From Basidiobolus meristosporus CBS 931.73 (lineage: Eukaryota; Fungi; Basidiobolomycota): 64,000 nucleotides of DNA. The notes beneath the pieces are model-generated. The model made no database searches. It was not told the origin of the DNA and saw only the letters and a list, made by a program, of their open reading frames with translations. A program made the position numbers and the translations under genes. Location of the stretch: assembly GCA_002104905.1 (NCBI GenBank), contig MCFE01000004.1, positions 62,001 through 126,000 on the forward strand. The letters run 5' to 3'. Below, one piece after another: positions 50,766 through 63,401 of this stretch (its first letter is position 1; every line of letters starts with the position of its first letter).

Positions 50766-53700
50766 TTCCCACTCAGCTAAATGCTTGTACTGATTAGTCC
50801 TAATTATGACCTATAATATTCAAACTTGTCTCTATCTAATGGTTTGGCAAATATGTCTGTAATCATTTAATCTGACGGACAGTAAACTAAGCTAACTAAG
50901 TTATCCTCTATGGCTTAACATATGAGGTGACGTCTAATATCTATGTGCTTAGTTCTGGCATGAAAAGCTGGATTTCTACATGATTTTTACACCCTTGATT
51001 ATCTTGAAATAAAGTAATAGGCATTTTTTGACATAAGCCTAAGTCATTAAAAAGCTTCCTTGATCACACTGCCTCTTTTGTAGCTCACAGGCTGTCATAT
51101 ACTCCGCCTCTGTAGTGGAAAGTGCTACAGTTGGTTGTTTTCTTGAATTTCATGAAATTGCTCCATTACAGTGAAGAAAGGGGTATTCTGTGGTGGAGCT
51201 TCTGTCTTTAAAGTTTTGTCCCCAAGCAGCATCAAAGTATCCCTCCAGATCCTGCTCTGAGTCCCAATAGGTGTATCTTATGCCAACATTAGCAGTTCCT
51301 TTTAGATATCTAAGAATCTGCTTAACTGCTGCAGTATGATCAGATCCATAGTTCTGTATATGCTGGCTGGTAACTCCCACCAATTATGAGATATCTGGAT
51401 GTGCTCCAGGCATCATATGCATCAGACTGCTGCAAATAGATTGACAAGGGAAGTCAGGGCTTTTAGATGGCATCAAGCTCTCTTGATTTGGTGGAGTTTT
51501 GACCAAGTTAGGGTTTGTCTCCATTAGGGTAGCTGCCAGTTTACAGTCTTCCATTTGATACTTCTTTAGTATGTCTTGAATATACTTCAATTGGCTTAGG
51601 GTGAAAGTCTGGGTACTTCTGTCTATGAAGAACTTTATCCCTAAGTAGTAACTGAATACTCCTAGATTGAGCATCTTGAACTCTCTAGATAGGCTGGTTT
51701 TAGTCTCTTCCAATGTTGCTAGGTTATTGGTGGCTATAATAAGATCATCCACATATAGAGCTATTGGAACTGGATTTGCTGTATCTGGCTTATAGTAGAT
51801 ACTATAGTCAGTATTGCTCCTTTTGAAACTCAAAGATTCCAATTAAGAATCTGTCCTGCAATTCAAGGCTCTGGTGATTGCTTTGGACCTTATAGAGATT
51901 CTTTAAGCTTGCAGTCCAAGTGGAGGACATCTAGGTCAACAAGCCTATCAGGCTGGTCCATATGCATATCCTCATCAAGTTTCCCATTAAAAAATACAGT
52001 TTTTACATCCATTTGATATATAAAAAACTTACATTTGACTGCAATGGCCAATATTATTCTGATGGAATTGAAATTGGCTACCAGCACCAAGGTCTTATTG
52101 AAGTCAAGTCCTTTTGCTTGACAGTATCCTTTGGCCACAGTCTTGCTTTGTATCTGCAGCTGTGGCAACTGATTCAGCCCAAAGATTATACGATAACTTT
52201 TGATCATAGATCTTGCTTTATCAGTTATTGATCTGCTTGCATGTTCCACTACTTCATTTTGCTGTGGGGAGTATGGCACAGTAGTCTCTTGCTTAATTCC
52301 GTGAATTTTGTCAAAGTGGATGAAGAGTTTTGTGGTATATTCCCCACCATTGTCAGAGTGTGTTTTCTTGATGTTTTTACCAGTTTCTTTCTCCACAATG
52401 GCTTTAAACTCTTGGCACTTCGACAGAGCTTCTTCCTCTCTCTGCATAAGTTAGACCCACTTGTATCTTGTATATTCATCAGTAAAAGTAACTAAATATT
52501 TTACCCTACCTAAGGATAAATTTTGCATAGATTCACACAGATCTGAGTGAATTGATTAAATTTTATCATAGCTTTGATAAACTCAGAGCTCTTGAACTAT
52601 TGTCTAACTTGTTTCCCATATATGCAGGCTTCACAGTGCTCCAAGCTAGCAGGGGGATCAGTTTTTACTCCAGCAATTAGCTGATCTTTGATCATTTAGT
52701 GCAAATAATCAAAACTGATGTGCTCAAATCTCCTGTGCCAAGCATTGATGTTTCTTCATTACAATCACTTATATTGGCTTCAAGATATGATGAAATATAA
52801 GTCAACTTGTATATATTCTGATATCTGATACCCAAAGCAATATGGGCACCATTTTGATCAGTGTGCACGCATCCAGAGTTGTCAAAGCTGAATCATGTCC
52901 TTCTGCTGTGGCCTGGCCTACAGATAATGGGTTCTTGGCTATTTCTGATACATAAAGTACTTCTTTAAAGGTCAGTGTATAGCTTCCTCACTGCTTCTGA
53001 AGTTTACTTGTATAGTTCCTTCTCCTACTGCATCAAGTTTCTATTGTCCCCATGAAAACATTCTTAATTGGAATTTCTTTTTGCTCCAGTGACAATATAC
53101 CATATCTGAGAGTCCTTTTTTGAGGTCATACTTAGTGCAGATATGAGTAGTCTATCTTCAGTTTTTGCAGCATTTCCATATTCAGGCTTCTTTTGCTGAT
53201 TATTTCTCTTTTTGAGACATTAGTCATATGTGCGTCCTTTCCTTTTACAGTAGTTGCAAAACAGGTTGCTGTTGCCTTTGTAGGGTCTAGGGTACCTTCT
53301 TTGTTGGATGTCATTGCTTATTTAAGCATTTACTTCTTCCTTATTAATGGTGCTGTGGTGGTGTATAAGTCCAAGGGAGAGATATGTCCAACACTTCTCA
53401 AGTGTTTTGTGTGTGGGGTGTTCACTGGGTGCAATAGCCTCTGGCAAAAGCTTGCTAGGAATACTGGGTTCTGTCTCTATTCCAATGTGATGGGTAAGAA
53501 AGCCACAAGCTTGTCAAGGGAGAACTATTGAGCTACAATCCTCAACCTAGTTGGCGTCCTAACAAAAGTATGTGCTGGGTTCAGCATTCTTTGAGATGAC
53601 AATGTACTAAAGCTTCCAAAGTAAAAACAACTGTAAACTCCTCCAGCAGGGACTTGATAAGAATGCAGCTGTGGTCAATAGCTACAATGACAGCAAAGTA

Positions 53701-55186
53701 TCTTTGCCTGTACAAGAACAAACTTGGGAAAGAATTAATTAGAATAAAAGATACCTACTCTGAGTATTCCTCACAAGTAGTGCCTCCAAGGTCAGTTGGC
53801 TGTCAGCACAGTTTCCTGGGAGTTTCCTGTGGTCTGCGGTTGGAAGTTCAGGTAGCAGCAGGTGGCAGTGATCACACTAATCAACAAGTTGGTATATTGA
53901 TAAAAGGGATGATAATTCATTGTTGAGGGATAGCCTCCCTTATATACTTTTCTTACTGGCTAAGTGATTACTAATCATGGTGTTCCAGAAGTTTCTGGAT
54001 ATCAATAGAAATCTTAATGACATCAGAATGACCTAAAAATGTTCTAAGTAGGTGCTGGAAGGTTCTGAGAGGCACAGCACATCCAACCAATCAGGAATTA
54101 GTTCTCTGAAACCTGTGAAACATAGGGATGCCATATATGGTATGGAAATGGTAGGGATGGTGACATAGGTTGATCATGTGTCACAGGTACTTGCCTAATA
54201 TAGAAGCACTTACTGCTAGCAATCTTACATAAAGTGGGGGATAACTTATGCAATAGGTAAGCAGGTGTGATAGTCAACCAGCTGATGAGATAGTACTGAT
54301 CAGGTAAGACAAATGGGATAAAACTGAATTAAGGGTAGTAGAGAAATAGGGAAGTAGAAATTATAGGAATGTGAACATCTGTCAGTGGGTGTCACTGTCA
54401 CCCCACTATACTGGTGTGTTGATAAAAGGGATGATGATTTATTGTTGAGGGATAGCCTCCCTTACATACTTTACTTACTGGCTAAGTGATTACTAATCAT
54501 GGTGTTCCAGAAGGTTCCAGATATCAATAGAAATCTTAATGACATCAGAATGACCTAAGAATGTTCTAAGTAGGTGCTGGAAGGTTCCAAGAGGCACAGC
54601 ATATCCAACCAATCATGAATCAGTACTATGAAACCTGTGTAACATAGGAATACCATATATGGTATGGAGATGGAAGGGATGGTGACACAGGTTGATCATG
54701 TATCACAGGTACTGGCATGGGTACTTGCCTAATATTGAAGCACTTACTGCTAGTAATCTTACATAAAGTGGAGGATAGCGTATGCTATAAGGTAAGCAGG
54801 TGTAATAGTCTACTGGCTTATGGGATAGTACTGATCAGGTGAGACAAATGGGACAAAACTAAAACAAGGGTAGTAGAGAAATAGTGAAGTAGGAAATATA
54901 AGAATGAGCACATCTGTCAGTGGGCATCACTGCAACCCCACTACAGAGCTTGATTTTCTTGATTCTTCATCCAGGAGTCTTCCTTTTATGTAATTTAAGG
55001 TCAAATCTTCAGTTCCTGGCTCCAGGGCCAATACAAGGCCCCATGACCTGTATGTCAGGCTACTCAGGATGTTTACTATCAAATCCTCATCAATACTTGG
55101 TACACCCACAGATTCCATCTGATCCACCAGCAGGGCAGCTCTGTTAACTAGATTTCTCATTTCTTTGCCTGGCAGCATCTTGGTAG
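50417..55186 (-). mobile_element. decayed copia copy E, sharing LTR 50417-50765 with D, internally deleted
   Basis: PPT (agctgagtgggaa) directly right of 50765. RT is fused to integrase at about 52155. Gag is interrupted by gypsy LTRs at 53354-54945 and truncated at about 55186. Confidence 0.85.
53354..54945 (-). mobile_element. gypsy solo LTR (53354-54410) plus tandem partial LTR (54411-54945), degenerate 4-bp TSD GTGC/GAGC
   Basis: Collinear with the 1071-bp LTR. The host copia gag (attgGCGCttgattttc in intact copies) resumes on both sides. Confidence 0.9.
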
Positions 55187-56400
55187 TGACAAATATTCAT
55201 CCAAGAAACCATGTTGAAAACCAGAGATACTTAAGGTAGTGGGTACTTCTTTGAGCAATAGCTTTCCACTGGGAGCAATGCATTTGCTTTTCAGCAATAT
55301 CTTTGTACTAATGACCAAGTTGTACATAGAGCATTTCAAGCTAGGCAAGGAAGGACCAGGAAAGGACTTAGGTGTGGACCAACAAGGCAAGGCTGTTTAT
55401 TCAAGACCTGTGTTTATCAGACTGAGAAATATGTAGGGGGGATGGAACTAGATATACTTTTTAGTAATATGGCTGCCAAGAGATATTGACTTGTACTGAT
55501 GGGGTTCTGAGGTGAGGCACAGTAAGTGTGCCAAGATAAAAATATAGTGAAGAATAGACTAGAGCATCACATGGGATAAGCCAAGAGTCAGCCAAAAATG
55601 TGACTAGGTCATGCTACATGCAATTACCATATATGGTATGAAGCTACATAAACTCCAAAGGGAACTTTGATAGATTATTCCAATGTGTAACATTGATTTT
55701 GAGCATTTCAGCAGTTGCTAGAATGTAGTAGAACTTTCTAGAAGAAACTGGGAATTCTGCGCCAATTTGATTTGGCTGAATTATAAAAGGTCAAGGTTGT
55801 CATGTAGAACTCTGCTGCTACTGTATCCATTTGTTATTCCATCTTGCTTGGTGTATTACTAAGAAACTCATTGTGAATATTCAGGAGGTATTCAAGGCAA
55901 AAGTGGTGGTAACCCAGCATATGATTGCAAGATGTGTATGTTACCAGTAACATAAGGTATATGGCAACTTTGCAAGTATCACACTAGAAAGCCACAAAGT
56001 TATGGTGATAGAAGTGTTCCAATTGCAGCAGGTAAGCACCTATGAAGAGGTTACCAATTAGGAGACCATAGTTTTTTTGATTCAAGATCTATGTGGAATA
56101 CCCAAGGCAGTGGTGGGTCAGCAAATAAAGAGGGGTGATTTCACAGTGGAATATATGAGTGGCATAAGGGGAGGTAGAAAAAGCAGATACCACTTGGTAA
56201 ATTGGTATGATATAATTAAACAGAACTGGCTGTACATTGATGTGCTGCCATTTTAATGCCCGCAAAGGTTTGCAATAAGGCTGTCAGAGCTTCATAAAAT
56301 CTCTTTCCACATAAGCCACTTAGAAGTAATTGCTGGTTAGGTTAGCTCAAATAAGTGAAGTGCACATTAGGACTATCAGAATGCCATACAATTGTTGTCA
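55187..56400. repeat. probable LTR-like relic of another family (ends uncertain)
   Basis: Starts TGACAA at the junction with copia gag, with a TTGTCA at 56395-56400. Contains CCATATATGG (55627), CCAAT (55762) and TATAAAAGG (about 55782). Nearly CpG-free. Confidence 0.35.
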
Positions 56401-59364
56401 AAAGACTGATCAAACACCATCAGGTTATTTACTTCATTTGGCAGTAAAATTCACAAAATGCTGTCACAATCTTATCATAGAATTTTGTAGCCAGTCAGTA
56501 ATTCCACACTGCTGGCATCATGATGGACTTATTGCTGGATCCTGACAGCTGATCTGGATCAGATACACACACAAGTCCATATTACTTTTCATAGGAATAT
56601 TGTGACTAGAGAAGTGACATGTTGCCACTTGTTTCAGTAGTGGGAGTACTGTACATAAGTATAGACAAGGCAAGTAGCATGTACCACCATATCCCAATCT
56701 TATTGGCTAATACTGATGGGAATTGTTGTATCCAAGAGAAAAGTATAATAGTACTCTTGAGTGGTTTAAATTATTCAAAGGGACAAATAAGTGCAGATTA
56801 TTAGAATTGTCAGTGAGTGGCTGAAATATTAGCACAGTGACTCTGGTCTAATATTGGTCCTCTATATAGCTGGGTTTAGCATAATGGCAACAGAGTTAGT
56901 TTGCTATGCTGGCTAGACTTGGTATTCTTGGGAGTACTAGATATGCTAAGCCTGGGTAGAAGCTTGAATGGAATTGTTAAATTCTTAATTTTGTTGAGAC
57001 CAACTTTCAGCCAAAAGGCTTAGCAGTTTTTTTATATTTTTCTGTTCAAGTTAGGCTAGTAAGTACCAAGAGAATGAACAAATGAAGTCAATCTTTGTAT
57101 GAATAGGTGCATAAGATAAATGCAATTGCATCATCAATCAGCTGATATCTTGGCAACTGCTCAGTGGTTGGATGGATCTCAGATGACTAATCACTCTGGA
57201 AGACTTAGCTCATAAGTTGATGATACAATGTCCACATGATAACTGATCTGGTGTAGCAGCAAAAAATAGATTCAGAAGCAGGATAAATAAACCTTAACTG
57301 GCATTAGGTGAGTTTGGGTTATGGAAAATCAGTTAGGGCACTATATCTTCTAATGCAGTAGAATTGGCTAAGTTACCAAGTGTTGATGCACCACATCACT
57401 TTCCACCAGAAGAGGAGTTTTCTGATAACTTTTGTTTTCCCCTGCAGCTCCAATGCTAACCAATTATGGCAACATCATCAAAGCTGGTGTAAGGATCCAG
57501 GTGTTGTATTTGGCATCACAACCTTTCCATTTGACTAAATAAAGGCAGTTTCATTCTTCCCCATTATGGTCCACAATAGCTTCAGCTTCACAGGATTCTG
57601 AAGCTACTAGGTCTTGAGATAAAAGCTTGAGTAAAGAAGGTAGAATGCTTTTTGGTGTGAGTGCTGTAGTGTTGTCTTGAAGTATAAAAGATCCTCCAGC
57701 AGTATGTCCAACAACCTAGAATGAGCCTTCATATTTCGGATCAAGTTTAGATTGTTGCATCTATTGTAGAATCATGGCATATTTTCTATTTGGGAAGCTG
57801 CTGTTCATATGCCTTCAGGCATATGTTGAAGTCATCTTTTGTTGTGAGGCTTTACTTCTGCCATTGATAGCAAGGTAGACAATGCTGGTAAGGTACTCTG
57901 GTTGGTTTACCGGCTTTTTTGTATTCAAATTTGCTAACTCTGAGTTCTGGTAGTCTCCACAGTGGTGAATTTTTGTCTCAACAGCAAAGAAATGGTGTTG
58001 ATCCATATAGAGCAACAATTTAGATCTTGATTGCATACAGTGCAGTGGGAATATACATGTCCCAGTTCTTCTTGATACCTTTGATGGAGTTTCAGACAAT
58101 GCTCACTAAGGTCTGAGCATGTCTTTCAGCACATCCAGCAGCTTTGGGATGATAAGAAGTGACCAGATGGTGATCAATTGCACTCTGCTGGCCAAAGGCT
58201 TTGATCAAGCAATTCATAAGTTCTGTTCCATTATCCAATTTGATGACCTTTGGAAATTCAAAAAGACAGAAGAGCTTGAGGAGTGCATGAACAATAGTGA
58301 CAGCATACCTGACTGGGATAGCTTTGAGGATGATAAAACATATGCAGTCACTCATAAGTACAAAGTGGTAATGATTGCCATCATCACTAGTGGTAAAAGA
58401 TCAGCTAGTCCAATTACAATTTGACTCATAGGAAGGCTTGCATGAATGGGACTCAAAGGGTGAGATCCATGGTGGCTGATGTTGTTCAGCTGAAATTCTC
58501 TGCAAAACTTGACAAGTTCTAGGCAGTCAGCTTTGATAGTTGACCAGTGATATACATCCAAGTATAGCTTCTTCAACTAGATTCAGCTTCAAGATGGCAG
58601 AGTATATGGCTCATCTGTATCAATGTTCTCCTTTCATCTGCAGGATGGATTTTCCTAGTTGCTGAATCCAGTTAAGAAACTATTTTGGATGATGTCTTGT
58701 GATTACTGGCTATATCAGTAATCACATGTCCCTACCTATGTAGAGTTGGAAAAAGTTTTGAAAGGCAATCAGGCAGGATGCTGAGAATTTCTGAGCAATG
58801 AATAACTGTATATTCATAGTGAACTAGAGCATCAAGTCTGTTGGTAAGCATGGGAGTTGGAGTTTCTTGAGTTTGGATACAGACATGGGCTTGGTGATCT
58901 AGGTACAGAGTTAGTGGGTTACCTTATAAATACTGATGAAACTTTGTCAAAGCAAAGACTATGGCAAGTACCTCCTTCTTGGTGGCAGAGTAGCTTCTCT
59001 TAGCAGGTTGTGTGATCTGGCTTGGAAAGAGATCCAGTTAGGTAGATTTTGGTCTTCATTCTGATAGAAGACTGCTCTGATGTGTTGTAATATGATTAGT
59101 TTAGGGCTTGCTCTAGGATATAGAGGCTAATCAACAATATACAACAACTTCCAGTATGCTAATACAGTAATAGTTTATTGGGAGTCTGATATACCAATAG
59201 AAGATATTACTTTCACCAATATCCTCAATCTTAGACTCAAAATATACTGTAGACAGTGTTTCTCACTTGTACAGCAGTGTTCTGACCTTCTGTTGCCTAT
59301 TAGGCTTAATGACTTTTGTAGTAATATTTCCTTATCTGAGAGTCACTATCCCCTCTGAGATAAT

Positions 59365-59575
59365 AGACTTGTTCCATCATTCCATCTGATCATGGTGCCC
59401 AATAGTGCCATAGCATGCCAGATGGTGCCTGATCATGCCACAGAGTGCCATATGGTGCCATACAGTGCCAATTTAGGATCAAAATTGTCATGCATATGAC
59501 CCTGAAATATCAAATTAATAATAAAATATACAGCACTTTCTGGCACTATCATCAATGGCACAATGGAACAAGTCT
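59365..59575 (+). mobile_element. second 211-bp MITE copy, TSD AAT
   Basis: Same TIRs and length as 47557-47767, flanked by AAT at 59362-59364 and 59576-59578. Confidence 0.88.
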
Positions 59576-62327
59576 AATATTGCCTAGTATGAAGATTCTG
59601 AGTTCCCCTTTAACCTTTAGATTTGTCATTGTAGTGTGGAGATTCTGGAAAGAGAGGATCTCTTTTTTTTCAGGAGGGGAAGTCATAGATATGATAATGC
59701 TGAAGGAGCAAAGTTTTAGAACAATGCACAAGCAATACACATGATACAAAACCAAATTTTGCAGTGGTGCAAGTCAGACATAGGTGCAGCACCTGTGAGA
59801 GTATTACATGATTTGATTGGCTGCTTCAAAAGTTATATGCAACTGAAGTTACCATAATAATCTTAGCAACACAGGCCTGGTACATATGGTAATTGGACTC
59901 TAATGCTCATAACTCCTTAAGTACTGCTTCAAATGAGCTCTAATTTGAAGAATGTGTTGGCTGTTATGTCTTTTGCATGTCATGATATTTTTGAGTAGAT
60001 TGCTAGTCAGGGTCTTGAGCTTTTGTCCTTCAAACCTGTATCTTCTTAATCCTTCATTTGTGAACTACAATAGCAAAAGCAAAATAAAGAAATGAGTGCT
60101 ATATCTGTTTTGAGATATTGCAGTAATGGAGTACTCTCCATTACCACATCTCCTAACACAACATCACATACATCTGTTGCAACTACAAAGGGCTTAGTAA
60201 AGTCTTGGAAGGATAAGGTGGGTACCTGTGGAGGCAGTTTGCCAATCAACTCAAAGGCCTTGTCATGAGTCTTGTTCTAGGCTGCAGAAAGATCAGGGCT
60301 ATGGTGTAATGCATTCAAAGGGGCACTCAATGAGGACATGAGTATTATGTGTTCCCTACATATTGACCAGTTGGAAAGGGTCTGGTAGGTGGCCAGCTGT
60401 TGTGACTTTAAGTCCAAGCAGACTAATTTTGTGGCAGACAAGACTTCACTTTACAGCATCTAGAATCAGACCAGTAGTGGCCAGTTTGCTGATTACATCA
60501 GTGACATGAGCAGCATGATGATCATGGTTTGTGGAAAATATGTTAACATCATCAATAAATATTAATGTATATGGTACATTCTGAGTACAAAAGTCAGGAC
60601 TCCCTGGAGCCTGCAGGTAAGTGTCTTTAGGCCAAAGGGAGCTCCCTGAAACATCTATTGTGTATTATACAAAGTAAAGGCAGTAGGATGCTGATAGTCA
60701 GGATGGTTCTGGAATTGGTGATATGCATCCTTCAAGTCCAACATGAAAAATACTTTTGCTTCTAATAGTGAGGAAAAGATATCCTGGATCCTTGGAGTCA
60801 AAAATCTGTCAACTTGGAGAAGTTGATCAGATGTCTGGGGTCTAAGCAAGGTTTCATCAGGGTTAGATTTTCTTTACCATCCTTCTTAGTACATGTGTCA
60901 ATGGGCTGTTTAATGTTCTATTGACAAGGGCTTGTGTGATAATCCCATTATTAGTACCTTTTGGAACTATATCATCAGCTAAGTGCTGATGGGAAGGCAG
61001 AACTTTGTATTACTTCCTCCATGTTGACTCACCAGGTTGGGTTCCTAGTACATTTGATTCTGCAATAGTACTGGAACTTCTCCCTGGAATGCCTTGGTTT
61101 CCTTCTATGGCTTGCTGAATGTCTGGTTTGACTGATTGAGAGTATATCTAAAAGTTGGAGATGACTGTTCATCTTCTGATAGGTGTGAGATAATGTCTGT
61201 AATCTTGTGCATCAGGGATAGTGGCAATTCAGTGATTCCAGGATATGAAACTGGTAGTCTGCCTACATGAAAGCCAAGATTGGTGAAGGTGTCAAGACCA
61301 ATGACTACCTGATGTCCATTTGGAATATCCATAACCTCCATTTGATGTATTGCAGTTAATGAGCTACTGTGTGTGCTGATTAGGTTAGTGACACCAATTC
61401 TTGGGGCTGCGAGGTCTTTAGTTTTAAGTATTATATTTCTTGATTATTTTTCAATTGCCAAGTTGGGTTCTTTGACTATGTTAGGTGATGCATACAGTTG
61501 GATAATCCAATATCCAGTAGTAGTACATACAATTGGCCATTGAGGGGAGTGGCACCTCTATGGCTTTTAGCTGTGTGATAGGTTGTTTCTTTTTGGGGAT
61601 AGTTACAGTTTTAGCTGGTAACTCAAAGAAGCTCCAATAATCTTGGGATGTAAGGCCTTCAATGCTTCCTCATACCCTCTCATATCATTGGTTGAATGAT
61701 CATCTGGGATCTGAGTAATTTTTGTCAATGCTGTAGAATTCTGCTTAGGACAGAGATGTGATCTATGTCCCTTCTTTCTACATCTAAAGCATTGATCATT
61801 AGCCTATGGATTATCAGTTTGATGCATTACTGCTTCTCTCAAGTGTTCCCCAACTTGTCTGACTCCTTGGCAATGCCTTTGCACTCACTGGCAGAAGGAC
61901 AGCATTTTCTGTGAAGCTCACAGTGCTTAGCAGTTGTTCAATTCTCCTTGGCCATATTATTGGTCTATTGTTTGGTTGCTGCTGGATCTTGAGTAAAGCT
62001 GCCTGAGTCTGGCTAACAGTGGTGGACATGGTGATAGCAAATGTACATACCTCTGAGATCTTGTCATAAGAACATGCAAGGTTGCATGCTTTGACAATAA
62101 GAATATTACTATGTAGCTGGTGTGGAAAGTTTGAAAGAAAATGAGAAGTAATATATGCTCATCATAAACTCCAGATAGTCTCATTTGTCTTTGGAATCTG
62201 TCACAGGAATGCCGCAAAGATTCAACTTTTTGCATTTTAGTTTTCCATAAGTTGCAGTTCAAATGTGCTTTCTTGAGGGGATCTTTAAAACGGCTACAGA
62301 AGAGGTTTTGGCAATTTTCCACACATT

Positions 62328-63401
62328 AGACTTTTTCCATTGAATAGTGCCACATTGAGCCATGAGTGCCAAATGATGCCATAGTGTGCTAAGGAGGCCA
62401 GGTGCACCTATACTTGGCCCCAGAGTGTGCAGCATAGCTCTGCATCTTCATGCAAAGCAGCCCCTGTGCCTCACCCATTGTGTAGGAGAAAATCCATTTT
62501 TTGACCTTTTTTTTTAGGTCAATGATATACAGGATGTGTAAGTGCACAAAAGAATTGAAGACATGCATCTGGTACTCAATATGCATGGCACTCTGAATCT
62601 AGCTCCTGTGCCTTATAACATGTCACAAAATTGCATGGCACTATCTTGGTCCACTAGTACCATCTGGCACTATAAGTGCTTTATATATGTTCTACTTCAG
62701 GGCTGATATTTAAATATAGAGCCTGATATATCCAATCCAGACAAGCCATCAAGATTCCATCAGAAGACTGCAATAGTACCAGCAGCTTTGATTTAATGAC
62801 CATCTATATGATCTTTTGATGGGATCACAATGGCATTTTGCTAATTATATAGCCAAATAAACTTGATAAAATATGGTGGAGTTTGTATGGTGTTTTGCCA
62901 AGAGTGGCATGGCATTGGTGTGGTCGTAGTTTATGCTACTCATATTTAAGTGGATCTAACTAGCCAGTACATCCAATTGCCTTATACTGCAGAAAAGTTG
63001 AAGGTATTTTGACAGCTTCTTTGCAAGCCATTGAGGGCATTATGCTGCAGTATGGTGGCCTACAGCCAGTTCAGTGTAATGCTACAGTACCAATTCACCG
63101 TTTTGTGACATGCTACAAGCTGTTGGAGCTAGATTCAGAGTACCATGGGTATTGAGTATCAGATGCATGTCTTCAGTTGTTCTGTGCTCTCACACATCCT
63201 GAACAATGTTGATCCAACAAAAGGTCAAAAAATGCATTTTCTCCAGCACCAAGGGTGAAACACAGGAGCCACTTTTCATGAAGATGCAGAGCTATGTTTC
63301 ACACTCTGTGGCCAAGTATAGGCTTACCCGGTCTCCTTGGCACACTACGGCATCAATTGGCATTCATGGCTCAATGTGGCTCTATCCAACAGAACAAGTC
63401 T
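62328..63401. mobile_element. 1074-bp non-autonomous TIR element of the same family, about 300-bp imperfect inverted arms
   Basis: Ends AGACTTTTTCCATT and AACAGAACAAGTCT. 62340-62640 is the reverse complement (diverged) of about 63085-63390. Flanks ATT/GTT. Inserted in the chromovirus gag. Confidence 0.75.
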
